Part shown: in pieces, positions 51,031 through 64,000 of the stretch
Layout: each line of letters starts with the position of its first letter
Position numbering within the stretch: position 1 is the stretch's first letter
Source: Haliotis rufescens
Lineage: Eukaryota
Length of the DNA stretch: 64,000 bases
NCBI RefSeq assembly: GCF_023055435.1
Contig: NW_025963813.1
Span: 12,524,001 to 12,588,000, forward strand
Reading direction: 5' to 3'
The notes under the pieces: generated by a model
Databases searched by the model: none
The model's input: the letters and a program-made list of their open reading frames with translations, nothing else
Told to the model about the DNA's origin: nothing
Program-made: the position numbers and the translations under genes

Positions 51031-52402
51031 AGAACGGTCGTTTGTGTGGGGGTGGATGCGAAGGGGGCGCTTCACATACATTACAATTTAATTACACACA
51101 CCATTTTAACATAGTGTAATTATTACTACTTATATTTCAGGCAACATCGGAGAGGCGTGACGTTCTATAATTATAAATAATAAATTCTACAATAGATGAA
51201 TAAATATATAAAGTAAAACATCACTTCATGTACTTTCAGCTGGGGTTATACTGACTTCATTTAAACTTAGTTCGTAGTGACCGTCGACGTTAGCCTGGAA
51301 TGATGGTGAGGACGACGTCAATGATGATGCATAGATGGGAAGGTGTAACGTGCGAGTATAGTACGCATCCCGATGATGAACTGGGACCGTCCTTCGCGAC
51401 AACAGATATGCATCTACACTTCTCCAATTTCATAGGCTTGGGTTTTATCACCCATAAACAAGGGAGGGTACATTGTAACCTACTTTTATTCATAGATATT
51501 TTACCTTTTACTGTGCTACAAATGAAATAAGCATTCACGTCAGATACCCATGACATTGTCAGTCCGAGTGCTCTTCCGCTTACCTCGCACTGATTTAGTA
51601 CAAATCTTGCACCCGGGATATATATGTCAAAAGAGGGCCGAGTTCTCACCTTGAACAATCCGTTATATAAGTGGATTATTAAAAACAAAGTGTCGTCGAA
51701 TTGTGTCTAGAATGCAATGTTATGTACGGTTAACTACGGTTATAACGAACTCGAAGGCACACAAATAACTAGTTTTAGTTCGATATAACCGCAGTTCGTT
51801 AAAGGCAAATATACAGCATTTATGCAACAAATGGTCGGGACTAGAAAATAAGGTTGTTATATCAGTCAGTTCGTTATAAGCGTGTTCGTTATAAACGTAG
51901 TTTACTGAAGTTGGTTTCCCAGTCTTAATGTATAAGTGCAATAAATCTTCTATCATTCATTACCATATCCTGTCGTCTTAGACTTGAGTCCATAGAATCA
52001 GTATTTAGTTTCAGGATTAACAGATGACAACCAATGTCATTTCTGTTTACGTGATTAAAGGCACAGTTATTGTTGAACAAAAAAAGTTATTTAGAGAGCA
52101 GACGTGATTTCCCATGCACAAAGAGAGATTCGGTATCGTCTGAACACAACTGTGTACCAGATACGATCTTTCTGCATAACACGAGGCTAAGAAATCATAT
52201 CACCACGCGATTACCGAACGAGCCCTGCTCGAGTCACGTTCCAAAGGGCCCCCGTATTGCTAGGAGTTGAAGTATGATCCTCGAGCTGTGGCAGGTCCGT
52301 GACTCGACAAACATATCTGGTTTATTGGACGGAGAGCGTTACCTATCTGGATTGCCGTATCGGGTGAGGGGAGGTGTGTACGCGCTCTCGAGTTCGAACC
52401 TG

Positions 52403-52515
52403 TGACGTCACGTGAGTCACAATTCCGGAAAAATAGAAATCATTGACATTGTTTATCTCGATGCAATTTTGGAAATTGATACGATCTGGGCGCGTCGGTT
52501 CGGGGTATATATGGA
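52403..52515 (+). promoter_or_regulatory. Putative LPMO promoter: overlapping CRE/E-box/AP-1 sites and a TATA-like box
   Basis: TGACGTCACGTGAGTCA at 52403-52419 and TATATAT near 52506, about 140 nt upstream of the ATG. Confidence 0.45.
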
Positions 52516-52645
52516 ACCCATATCCAGTCCGGATCACAATATCTCTACGTGTCCTGAGGAGAATTATCCAGTTTCAAGGCACGCTGAAAGAAACGGTTTC
52601 TCGTAACCCAGACGACAGCTTCACTGCGGCAGACGACATCTCATA

Positions 52646-52843
52646 ATGCGTCCCACTCTCTTCACTCTGGTCGTCTGCGTTTGTCTGATGGCCCTCCCCG
52701 ACGCTCAAGGGCACGGGCGTCTGGTGGAACCCCCCTCCCGCTCCAGTATGTGGCGGTACGGCTTTGACAACCCCACCAACTACAACGATCACGAGCTCTA
52801 CTGCGGAGGATTTCAGGTGAGCTAGATGTCAAATGTACCGTAA

Positions 52844-52899
<56 letters not shown>

Positions 52900-55800
52900 T
52901 TATATCAGGACTCTGTTTTTTCTATATTTAATATCTATACACCTGACGAAATCACTTGTTTATATATATATCGAGGATCGGGTGGTCAGGCTCGCTGACT
53001 TCGTTGATGCATGTCATCGATCCCAATTGCGTGGATCGATGCTCATCAATCACTTGATTGTCTGGTCCAGGCTCGATTATTTACAGACCGCCGTCAAATA
53101 GCTGGAATATTGCTGAATGCGGCGTTAAACAACCAACAAACCAACATATCTTTAGGTTTGTTATATTTAATCTTGGGTCTATTTAGAAATGTAACTCTGC
53201 AGAAACGTCAACTTACCGTCTTGGACAAACTGAATGAGAACTATTTCTGAAAGTCCAGCATATGAATGGGATGGTCCCCTTTACATGCTCCACAATCGTT
53301 GTGTAATCTGAGGCGCCGCAAATCGCTGTGAAGAGTTGAGTCCCTTATGCGTGCCAGGATCCTGATAGTGGGTTCCAATCTTAGATTGATCATTGCTTTG
53401 TCAGCACAATACCTCGGTCTTGACACGCTCTGATATAGTGAGTGAGTATGGTTTTACGCCGCTTTTAGCAATATTCCAGCAATATCACGGCGGGGGACAC
53501 CAGAAATGGGATTCACACATTGTACCCATGTCGGGAATCGAACCCGGGTCTTAGGCGTGACGAGCGAACGCTTAAACCACTAGGCTACCCGACCGCCCCC
53601 GCGGTCGAATCGGCGTTAAACCCGACTTACTCCTTCACTTAAAACCCCCAACACATTCGTAGCAAACATACACAGCATGAAACCAAAGATGTTGTCTGGA
53701 AATGAGACCAAAACTGAAATGACATTTTGACACTTTTGGAACATGTAGTCTGATCAGTCATTAGTACCTCAAATGCTATTGAAGTATAGCCACTTTCATT
53801 TTCACTTAAAAATCACAGAAGTGAGCACGATACGGTTCTATCCAATAGGTTATTATTTCTATTTAGGGAGTCTGTATAACAGGTATTCGGCACTAACGAG
53901 ATTTTCTTATGTAGACTACCTGGAATATTACAATTACACTCATCTTAAAACACCCGAGACTTTCATGAAAACATACATCTGTATATGTCATGGTTGTACT
54001 GTTTTCAGAGACAATGGGATGTGAACGGCGGGAAGTGTGGCGTTTGTGGTGATCCCTGGGACGGAAAACGCGAAAACGAGGCTGGGGGGAAATACGCCAA
54101 TGGAATCATTGCCCGGAAGTACAAACCAGGGGAGACAATCACCATTAACGTGGATCTTACAGCCAATCATTTGGGTAAGTTTAACATTGGCTGCCTGTGG
54201 CCAGCCTTTCTACGAAATACAATGGGCAATACAAATATAGTCACAGTACAAGTAGAGAATGTAATAACAATCTCATTCAAGGTTCTTTAACGTCATTTTC
54301 ACATGTAAATTCTCAATCACATATACCACGTAACTGGTGTAGTATATCAGATTTCTACAGTATCTCCTAGATTTTTTTAGCTTTCTTGGCATATATTATC
54401 AGTCTGTTATGGCATGTTTTTCTGGGTAACATTAAAAGCATATTTCTTTCATTTGGTAGGGTACTTCCAGTTCCGCTTGTGCCCCCACAATAGCCCGCAG
54501 ACTCCAGTTAAACAGGAATGTTTGGACAGACATCTCCTCAGGCACACAGACGGAAGTGACCGCTTCAGTGTCACTACTGCATGTCGGGGAATATACTCAA
54601 TGGCTGTCGTACTTCCGGCGAATGTCACTTGCTCCCAGTGTGTCCTTCAGTGGAGATACAATACAGGTACTATCATGCATCGTCATAAATGTACATACAC
54701 CCATTTTTAGACTTTCCAATCTTGTAAAGAGGGTTACATATATATTGTAATTCAAGGGACTTCATCTCCCACACCAGAGACCATATACCGGTATGTGGTC
54801 ACTACCCACACGAACAGTTTGTCAGCATTTAGTGTTTAGCATAACAGATTCTAGCGGCTCAGTTTTTTCAGGAAACACTAAGAGTAAATGAATGTTGTTT
54901 TACATCGCAGTCACTATTAATCCAGCTACATCTCTCGACGGTTTGTACATGTTCTAGTCTGGTTGACAGCATTAACAACAATACACAACGTCGGAATAGT
55001 TCTTTCTGTGGCGTAACAGCCTTCGTTCCCCGTGAATTTTATCGTAATACATACCTTATATCACTCCCGTCTCACTGGCCTCGTATTCTCGTGGGGATGC
55101 CGGGATATGATAAGTTTTCAGCATCCAATGTTTGTCGTGAATGCATGAATGTACGGGTTGTCAGGCTCGGTGATTTGGTTGATTGCCTGCCATCGTTCCC
55201 CGATGGCGTGGGACGTTGCTCATAATATCAATCACTGGTTTGTCTGGACCAGACGAATTACAGGCCGCTGTCATATGGTTGGAATGCTGATTGCGGCTTT
55301 AAGCGTCAAACGAACATCGCATCGGACAATGTTAAGCATCGGGCAAAAGAAAGTAAACACCCATGTTTGATGGTGGCTAGAAATTAAACCAACAACAAAT
55401 TGTTCTTTGATGATAATGTATTTGATACGGGTATCATAGTTGTGTGTTTGAACCTTACGTTTGCTGTTTCTGTGACTGTTTTCAGGCTAGAAAAGTTTTG
55501 AGAACGTTTGTTATTTTTTGGTCAAATCCAATTTTCAAATTTTCAATTGGCCCAGCAGTTTACATTGCACATGCCTCGTACTTATTACGGGGTGTTGAGA
55601 GTACAATGCCTTGGTGATAGTTACTTCATTGACTCATTTGATTCCAGGTAACTCCTGGGGATGTGATGGCCCAACTTGTTGCGTGGGTTGCGGGCCACAG
55701 GAACAGTTCTATGGCTGCGCGGATGTCGCAATCTCTGCAGACTCCGAAGACCAGACGAAATCGCCAACCTCCACATTCAACGTCCACAGTGCAACGTCAC

Positions 55801-56123
55801 CGTGTCACGTGGCCACGAAACCCGTCGAGCAGACGACATCTGAAGCTCGAAATATCACAGCAGCGGCCAATACCACTACTACCTCCACCGGAACGACAAC
55901 AGTCACTGCATCCCCAACATCAGCTGCGACGTCTAAGACCACCACTAGCGTTGCCGACAGCACAACAGCGGACGATAGCGATGAAAACAGCGGCGACTGT
56001 AAGGCCACGGGGCCTTGGGAAGGGAACCCAAGAATCACTGTCTGGTGTCTTGCCAACTGTCGACGTGGTTACTGTCCTGAATATTATTGTTCAGACGCGT
56101 GTCGCCATCAGACCGAGTATTGA
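52646..56123 (+). CDS. Secreted lytic polysaccharide monooxygenase (AA15-type), 339 aa; exons 52646-52816, 54009-54174, 54460-54666, 55648-56123
   Basis: A 22-aa signal peptide ending AQG precedes mature HGRLVEPPSRSSMWR (His1 at 52712). Motifs NYNDHELYCGG, GKCGVCGDPW, LTANHLG (second His), FRLCP, CSQCVLQWRY, GNSWG and GCGPQEQFYGCADV are present. All junctions are GT-AG with matching phases (0,1,1), total 1020 nt. AATAAA lies near 56263. Confidence 0.95.
53437..53600 (-). mobile_element. SINE family A nested in a decayed family-B SINE (~53300-53635) in LPMO intron 1
   Basis: Family-B body upstream and its GGCGTTAAACCC tail downstream of the family-A copy. Confidence 0.82.
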
Positions 56124-57349
56124 CGAGAACCTTTTTCCTCAACATCGATCAGACAGTTTGCCAGTCACGTTTGCTCAATCATCTTTTGTACACGTTTTGT
56201 CGTCTTTTTTATCATTCCTTGAGATATTATATTTTCTGTTTTTATGTTTATTTTTATATTCTAATAAAAAGCAGTATTTGCTACACTATTGTTTTTGTTC
56301 AGTTTTAATTGTGTTGAAATCAGCATGTTTGGTCAAATCTAAGATCATGGCCAAACACGACAGTTCCTCTTGCCTTGCGTGGGTCACGGTTTATCCTAGC
56401 GCCGCAGATTCCGGGGTAGCCAATCCAGTGATAGACATCTTGAACATCGATCTACGCAAATGGGGTACGATAACATGCATCAACCTAGTCAGCGAGCCTG
56501 ACCACCCGATCCTGTTGGTCACCTCTTAGGATGTAGGATGTAATGTACCATTTCTATACTACAGAAAATTTAAATTTACACTATTTAGGGACCGGTCATT
56601 TATTATAGGGGCGGTGGTTCAGAGGGAATCAAGGGAGGGTCAAGAAAAAAATATAGATTTAATAATAAAATGTACAGTGCTTTTGAATTTTGTCTTTTCA
56701 CGGAAGGTCGCGAAAACATTACAAGGACATGGGGAGGGTCGTCCAAAATATGACACGTATTAGGGGAGGGTCGGGTTTTTTTTAGTACATTAGAGCATCA
56801 GAATCCTCTTTAACAAATTTTTTAACATGTCAGATATGTTCCTTCCTTTCTCAACACCATACTCATGATCGTTGGTTTCACCAAAGTGATAAAGACCTGT
56901 ACCTTTCCTGCCACTGAAATACTGTCCAAAGTGACACACACACGTACTGACTCAATTAAGACAACACACTCAAATATGTTTGACATATTTACACATGAGA
57001 TTTACAACTGACGTAAACGACACGCCCTTTGTCGGTTACCCTGACGCAAGTGCTGGCTCAGCAGAATGAAGAGTCAATATTGATGACAAGTTAACGTTAA
57101 AGTGTTTACCATGATGAACGTTAATAACAACAAACAGTGGATCATACATACCCCTCAGCCCTAAACGTTCAACCGCCGATTCTTATCCGACATGGAAGTA
57201 TTGTAGTGTTCTCAGCGAACTGACTTGTCAGTTTTGAGTGTTTGAAAGTAATACAAGATAATTCCTTTGTTCGTCCAAAAGTCCGAGACGTTCCCATAAT
57301 CACGGTCAAAATGTTTACTTACCTGTTTTTATACTATACTAAAACAGCC

Positions 57350-59383
57350 AGGCTATGGCTATGGTGTGATTTTGATGTTACACTAAGATAACCTGGCTAT
57401 GGTGTGATTGTGATTGTGATGCTACGCTAAGACAACCTGGATATGGTATGATTGTGATGCTACACTAAACAACCTGGCTATGGTGTGATTGTGATTGTGA
57501 TGCTACGCTAAGACAACTTGGCTATGGTGTGATTGTGATGCTACACTCAGACAACCTGGCTATGGTGTGATTGTGATTGTGATGCTACACTAAGACAACC
57601 TGGCTATGGTGTGATTGTGATGCTACACTAAGACAACCTGGCTATGGTGTGATTGTGATGCTACGCTAAGACAACCTGGCTATGGTGTGATTGTGATGCT
57701 ACACTCAGACAACCTGGCTATGGTGTGATTGTGATGCTACGCTAAGACAACCTGGCTATGGTGTGATTGTGATGCTACGCTAAGACAACCTGGCTATGGT
57801 GATTGTGATGCTACGCTAAGACAACCTGGATATGGTGTGATTGTGATGCTACACTCAGACAACCTGGCTATGGTGTGATTGTGATGCTACGCTAAGACAA
57901 CCTGGCTATGGTGTGATTGTGATGCTACACTCAGACAACCTGGCTATGGTGTGATTGTGATTGTGATGCTACACTAAGACAACCTGGCCATGGTGTGATT
58001 GTGATGCTACGCTAAGACAACCTGGCTGTGATTGTGATGCTACACTAAGACAACCTGGATATGGTGTGATTGTGATGCTACGCTAAGACAACCTGGATAT
58101 GGTGTGATTGTGATGCTACGCTAAGACAACCTGGATATGGTGTGATTGTGATGCTACACTCAGACAACCTGGCTATGGTGTGATTGTGATGCTACACTCA
58201 GACAACCTGGCTATGGTGTGATTGTGATGCTACACTAAGACAACTTGGCTATGGTGATTGTGATGCTACGCTAAGACAACCTGGCTATGGTGTGATTGTG
58301 ATGCTACACTAAGACAACCTGGCCATGGTGTGATTGTGATGCTACGCTAAGACAACCTGGCTATGGTGTGATTGTGATGCTACGCTAAGACAACCTGGCT
58401 ATGGTGTGATTGTGATGCTACGCTAAGACAACCTGGCTATGGTGTGATTGTGATGCTACACTAAGACAACCTGGCTATGGTGTGATTGTGATGCTACACT
58501 AAGACAACCTGGCTATGGTGTGATTGTGATGCTACGCTAAGACAACCTGGCTATGGTGTGATTGTGATGCTACACTCAGACAACCTGGCTATGGTGTGAT
58601 TGTGATGCTACACTCAGACAACCTGGATATGGTGTGATTGTGATGCTACACTAAGACAACCTGGCTATGGTGTGATTGTGATGCTATGCTAAGACAACCT
58701 GGATATGGTGTGATTGTGATGCTAGACTAAGACAACCTGGCCATGGTGTGATTGTGATGCTACACTCAGACAACCTGCATGGCTATGGTGATTGTGATGC
58801 TACGCTAAGACAACCTGGATATGGTGTGATTGTGATGCTACACTAAGACAACCTGGATATGGTGTGATTGTGATGCTACGCTAAGACAACCTCGCCATGG
58901 TGTGATTGTGATGCTACGCTAAGACAACCTGGCTATGGTGTGATTGTGATGCTACACTAAGACAACCTGGCTATGGTGTGATTGTGATGCTACACTCAGA
59001 CAACCTGGATATGGTGTGATTGTGATGCTACACTAAGACAACCTGGATATGGTGTGATTGTGATGCTACACTAAGACAACCTGGATATGGTGTGATTGTG
59101 ATGCTACACTAAGACAACCTGGCTATGGTGTGATTGTGATGCTATGCTAAGACAACCTGGATATGGTGTGATTGTGATGCTAGACTAAGACAACCTGGCC
59201 ATGGTGTGATTGTGATGCTACGCTAAGACAACCTGGCTATGGTGTGATTGTGATGCTATGCTAAGACAACCTGGCTATGGTGTGATTGTGATGCTACACT
59301 AAGACAACCTGGATATGGTGTGATTGTGATGCTACGCTAAGACAACCTGGCTATGGTGTGATTGTGATGCTACGCTAAGACAA
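57350..59383. repeat. 38-bp minisatellite, about 53 units (GGCTATGGTGTGATTGTGATGCTACACTAAGACAACCT)
   Basis: Head-to-tail array with point variants and TGATTG slippage. Confidence 0.97.
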
Positions 59384-59609
59384 TATTATATTTTATGGTA
59401 TCTGAACTCACCAAAGGATTCTTTAAGTGTGTAGATCTGCTTTAGATCTATGTTTTTAAAAACTGTTATTATTTCCAAACGGCTCCTCACTCACTGATAT
59501 TGATAACAGTTATTAACGACATAAGATAATAAAAAAAATCTGAAGTGTCGGCAGCAAATGCAATATTTAAATCCGTATTCATTGCTGTGTCGTTTCTACT
59601 TTTACACAA

Positions 59610-59940
59610 CTAGCACTTCCGTCTGCACACTTCCTGTTGATAAGATCTGTAAACAAATCAGGAAGATCAGTGTTCCAAGTTCAGAAATGTTGTTGTACCA
59701 CCTGACATTCTGATATTATCAATCACATGTTCCTGACCATAAGGTAAATTTCTATCAGGTTAGCTTCAGTAATTTTTACAATATACGTTTTATGCACTGC
59801 ACCGGTCTCGTTTTGTGGGAGGGGCGGTAATCTACGGATCAGCTGCGGATGTAAATCAAAACAGAGACTGAAGTAGACCTTGATTAAAATTAAAAATGGC
59901 GCTTATCCGACAAGTCATTTCCGGGGGATTTCCGGTGTTG
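59610..59940. promoter_or_regulatory. Possible housekeeping-type promoter of a gene not resolved in this window
   Basis: ETS-like ACTTCCG/ACTTCCTG and ATTTCCGG x2, GGGGCGG, YY1-like AAAATGGCG (~59892), donor-like AAG|GTAAAT at 59742. Confidence 0.3.
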
Positions 59941-60089
59941 ATCCTGACCAAGCGTTTGTCCACATAATTTCATGAAATAATGACAGAAAACGCTTGGATG
60001 TCATATTATCATTATTGTTATTGCGAAATCAATTTGTGATATTCATTCCGTACTGACCATTCGTGGACTTTGTAAAATAAGCCCACTTA

Positions 60090-63000
60090 CCCGCTGGAAT
60101 GCGAGGTTTTTTTCTGACGCACATTTTCCTTAGATCGGAAAAGTGAAGGTGTGCGAGAATTGCGGCCACACGGCACTGGATCTACCTCCGGCTGTAAAAT
60201 TACGCAGAGATGTAGAATATTAAATTTCCTATCTGATGATGTAAATTTAACTGTAAATATTAAACCAGTTTGAAAAAAAAGAAACTGACAAGTGTTGTCT
60301 GAGAAAAACAGAAACTTTCTCCGCTTTTTATTGTACACCGATAAAAGTATTGTGCAACAATATTTTTAAACTGTGAGCGAACAAAACACTGCCTAATATC
60401 AGAACAACATAAATATATATCAAATGGAGTAATAATATGCGTATGTATAACAACATACATTCAATGCAAAAAATAGCCTGCCATAAATAACGAAAACTGA
60501 TTTTCCTCTATGACGTCAAAAGGCGACAGAGAGGTTACACAGTACAAAGAACAGGGGGCATAACACCACTATCGCTTAGCGCTAGTTTATTGTAACTCAC
60601 GTCACTTGGTGAGAATTAGCTGTGGGTATGGACAATATATTTTTGTGGTGTTTAGTTTACGAGGAACCTAACACAAATATCGATATTGAAAATGTATACG
60701 TTTAGGTATAAAAAAAACCATAAGAAATGATGAAATTGTACTTCATAAAAAAAGAAGTAACAGCAAAACTAATGTCCCTTTCTAACCTATAAATTAGTCC
60801 TTAGATTCCAACATACTTGTGATTGTGCAAGTGAATATTTGACAAATGTTGCATGATTTTTAATGGAGCACTAGCCTTGTCTTTAATTGTAATGAAAAAT
60901 GACACCATACTATTTGACGTCATGGCTGGTTTTATGTCATTGACAATGTCGGAGAAAGATGACACTGGTATTTTTATTAATATATATTTCCCCTAATTTT
61001 TGTTCATGGCATGGAAATATTTTTATATACTTTGGAATATGTAAAACAGAATTTGACGCTTTTTCCTTACAACATAAAATGACTGCCTTTACCATTTAAA
61101 TAATGTCTGGAACAGATAGTTTACCCTGTATCGTATTTGGACAAGACACGCACCTGTTTGGCATCAAGTTTACGTAATCAAATACTCAAAAGAATATTTC
61201 AAAACCAAAATTATTTTATTCAATATTGGACATGTATTTCTTCATTATTATGTGAATATTTCTCTTCATCTTGTCTCAGAATTATAAAATAAAAGATGCG
61301 AAGAAAGCTCTATTTGTATACAGTTATCAGGATAATCGTATAAGGTCCCAGCAAAGGGGTTCATGGCACGGGTTATATTTTTATACTTTTTACAATTCTT
61401 GGAGAAATAAAGTTAACAGTATAATATCTTGTGAACTCAATATTTAAAAAGGATGAACGCAATGATTATATAATGCAAAACAAGAGGAATAATTCGAAGA
61501 ACGTTTGCGACTAACGCGCACCTTTCGAATCGTTAGATATCACTGTTCTGTAAATCAAACGACATAAAAAACAATTCAAGACCAAGACAATTCTTCTAGA
61601 AATGTGTGTATATATTTTAATGAAAATTATTATCCATTTTGTTAAGGTAATACATTCAGTTTTAGTTATAAAATGAAATGGCTATTCATGGAGATTGTTT
61701 ATATGAACTTATAATACTGTCTATAGCACAATTATGTAAACAATGTTTAAAAAACAGGAGATTATCAAAGGTTCATACATGTTGTGGCCTATATCTACGT
61801 ATGATATTTTGAACCTTGACAAATATCCAAAGTGAAATTAATTGTGTGAAAAAATGTATAAAAGATGCAAAATCTACATCATAACTGAAACTGTAAACAG
61901 CAGGATACAATGATCGTCTGTGCTTTCATACAACATGTTCAAGGACCTTCACCTCAAAGAAATTGCCAAATATGTACAACAATGTTGACGTATGACATCA
62001 CTACCAGTGACCGACTTTTACAAAATGGCATGTTCACAGACAACAGTACGCTGGATTTTACGAGGGGACTTTCGTTGATTCAGGGATCGTATATACATAA
62101 ATGTGACATGTCAGCAATCAGAAACATTTTGACAATCCGTGTACTGTTACTTGTTGTTATATTTTTCATTGAAACCAACGGAAATAGTCAGAAATTCCGA
62201 TAAATACTGTTGTCGTTGAGCGTGATTTTGCGTCAGTCATGGTGTCACACAGGACGGACAGTTTCTGTTGAAAATATCAAATCATTGCAATGTATCTCAT
62301 CTTAATTCCTTAATTCTTCCTACGATTCTCTTCCCATGCATATTCTGAAAATGTTGAGCCAATGTATTCAACGAATCAACGAATGGATAGCTCAAAATAG
62401 GAGAAAATGCTACACTGTGTAAAATCTGAATTTTGCTTAGTTTACATTTCAAACAAGTGCAGTTTTTTTAGCACAGCGTTTGTTTTCACACCTAATTTAT
62501 AAATGCTTGATTTCATCAAGACACTTTGCATTGGTGACAAAGACCATTTGTCATTTGATTCTAAAATGTATGAGGAATTCAAGGATGTGTGTATCACAGC
62601 TGAGTTTGAATTATGTGTGATGTTATAGGCGTCTCAAAACCGATGTACGTGAAACGTTATTTTGTAAACAGTATCCAATATGGCGGATTGATCACTTTAG
62701 CATTCGTGTTTGCATATTTTCCAAATCATCTGGACGATTCTTGGGTTATCATCGACGTTTTGGAATGATCATTGGTGATTTGATCACTAATATGCTATTT
62801 TTAAAATTCATTTCTCCAAGTCAATATCCGAAATTTAGATTTCAAAACATGCAATAAATAACACCATTTGTGGTGATTTAGTTATGTGTAGAAGATGGCG
62901 ACATTTATGATGTACATAATTTTCAGAGGTCATTTTCAGTAATTTTGCTTGGGCTAGAATGCCAGTGGATGATATCATAGACCAGGGATTTTCCCGCATA

Positions 63001-63111
63001 ATTCAAAACTGTGAAGTGTATCTGTGTGCGTGATGTATTTTGAATTTTATACTACTTCAAAGTGAGGGTAAAACAGTAGGGACATATAATGTCCCTCTGG
63101 CATCCAGCGGG
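60090..63111. mobile_element. Possible ~3-kb non-autonomous piggyBac-like element
   Basis: CCCGCTGGAATGCGAGG at the left end and CCTCTGGCATCCAGCGGG at the right; flanks TTA / TTG (degenerate TTAA); AT-rich interior with no long ORF. Confidence 0.45.
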
Positions 63112-63550
63112 TTGTAGGGAAACAACACTCCAACTCTCACTCATCCAGCCGATGCCATTTTAGTTATCAATGTAATCACCAAATGCAAATTAGCGTCACC
63201 GATCCAGCAAACTGGGCTTTGTTCCAACGATGGAGGGAGGACCTCGTTGACAGCGAGGGGAATCTTCTTGAATCCTCTCATTTGATTGGATGATGCCTGA
63301 CAGATTACCTGACAGACTATGCAAAATAACCTCATAACGTTCACCGCTGCCTCTGAAGGTGTCACAGATATTTAGCAATTTGGCATTTTTCGTGTCTGGG
63401 GTAATTATTTAATCTAAGATTGTGTTATAAATAAAGGTCTGATGTGGTGAATGTATAACATGTTATGTAATATGCACGTGGCAGCACAGCAAGAGAGGAA
63501 TTGTCAGTTAAGTTGCAAAAACCATCAATCAAAGGATTAACAAATAATAC

Positions 63551-63802
63551 CAGTGTATAAGATATCCAGACTGGCATCATGTTGCCAGTCCAGAATATTC
63601 TAGGCGAACTAACAAAAGTAACAAAAGAGTAAACATAGGAACAGTACTGTTTAATGATAGTTCTCAGAAAATAACAATAAACTGGTGTATTGTCAACTTA
63701 GTAGCTTTTATCGCGACCATCAGTTGTGGAGCTTTTCAAAACTGGCCGTCCGTCAGCAAAATACATCTCGGACTGTCAGTCAGACGGGTATATTAAACAC
63801 TG
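63551..63802. mobile_element. hAT-like MITE
   Basis: CAGTGTATAA.. / ..TTAAACACTG with ATAATA flanks. Confidence 0.6.
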
Positions 63803-64000
63803 ATAATATGTTGATTGATTAATTACTGTAATCTTGCACAGTGGATTTGTCAATTGTAAGTATATGGAATACATCCATATCTGGGCTTGAAGTGTCTGTG
63901 TAAAAACAACATACTTTGTTCAAAGGATTAGCCGATAATATGTTGATAGAGTTCTCATTGTTATCTTCCTCACTGGATATTTTAAAGAGCGTGGACATAA

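Noticed and set aside
55663-56529. 288-aa ORF overlapping LPMO exon 4
   Set aside because: Alternative frame of the real exon that runs into the 3' UTR and a SINE fragment; no recognisable domain.
63141-63378. Minus-strand exon or ORFs near the window end
   Set aside because: Splice-like signals exist, but all frames hit stops and no protein similarity is recognisable.

Overview
Eukaryotic (animal) genomic DNA, most likely a mollusc and plausibly an abalone-like gastropod (inferred from SINE types and gene content, not proven). Five protein-coding genes can be assembled from GT-AG exons with consistent phases: (1) a 375-aa LRR single-pass membrane protein with a short tail and no TIR domain (+, 2880-6490); (2, 3) an inverted, convergent pair of paralogs encoding a 314/315-aa coiled-coil plus Pro/Arg-rich protein (+ 9078-11572 and - 34952-32210), whose last exon is about 99% identical while exon 1 is about 89% identical; (4) a 799-aa C2H2 zinc-finger protein with ZFP91/ZNF653/ZNF692-like terminal fingers (-, 24277-21878), lying between the pair; (5) a 339-aa secreted AA15-type lytic polysaccharide monooxygenase (LPMO) with an intact His-brace, a Thr/Ser linker and a 6-Cys C-terminal module (+, 52646-56123), whose first exon is missing from the ORF track. 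The rest is repeat-rich: four SINE-like families (three share one LINE-type 3' tail; one lacks a tRNA head and starts with a putative pseudoknotted RNA), many MITEs, a CR1-like LINE 3' fragment, a hammerhead-like Penelope-type remnant, and two ~2-kb minisatellites, one of which was amplified from inside a SINE. No CRISPR, rRNA or true tRNA gene was seen.
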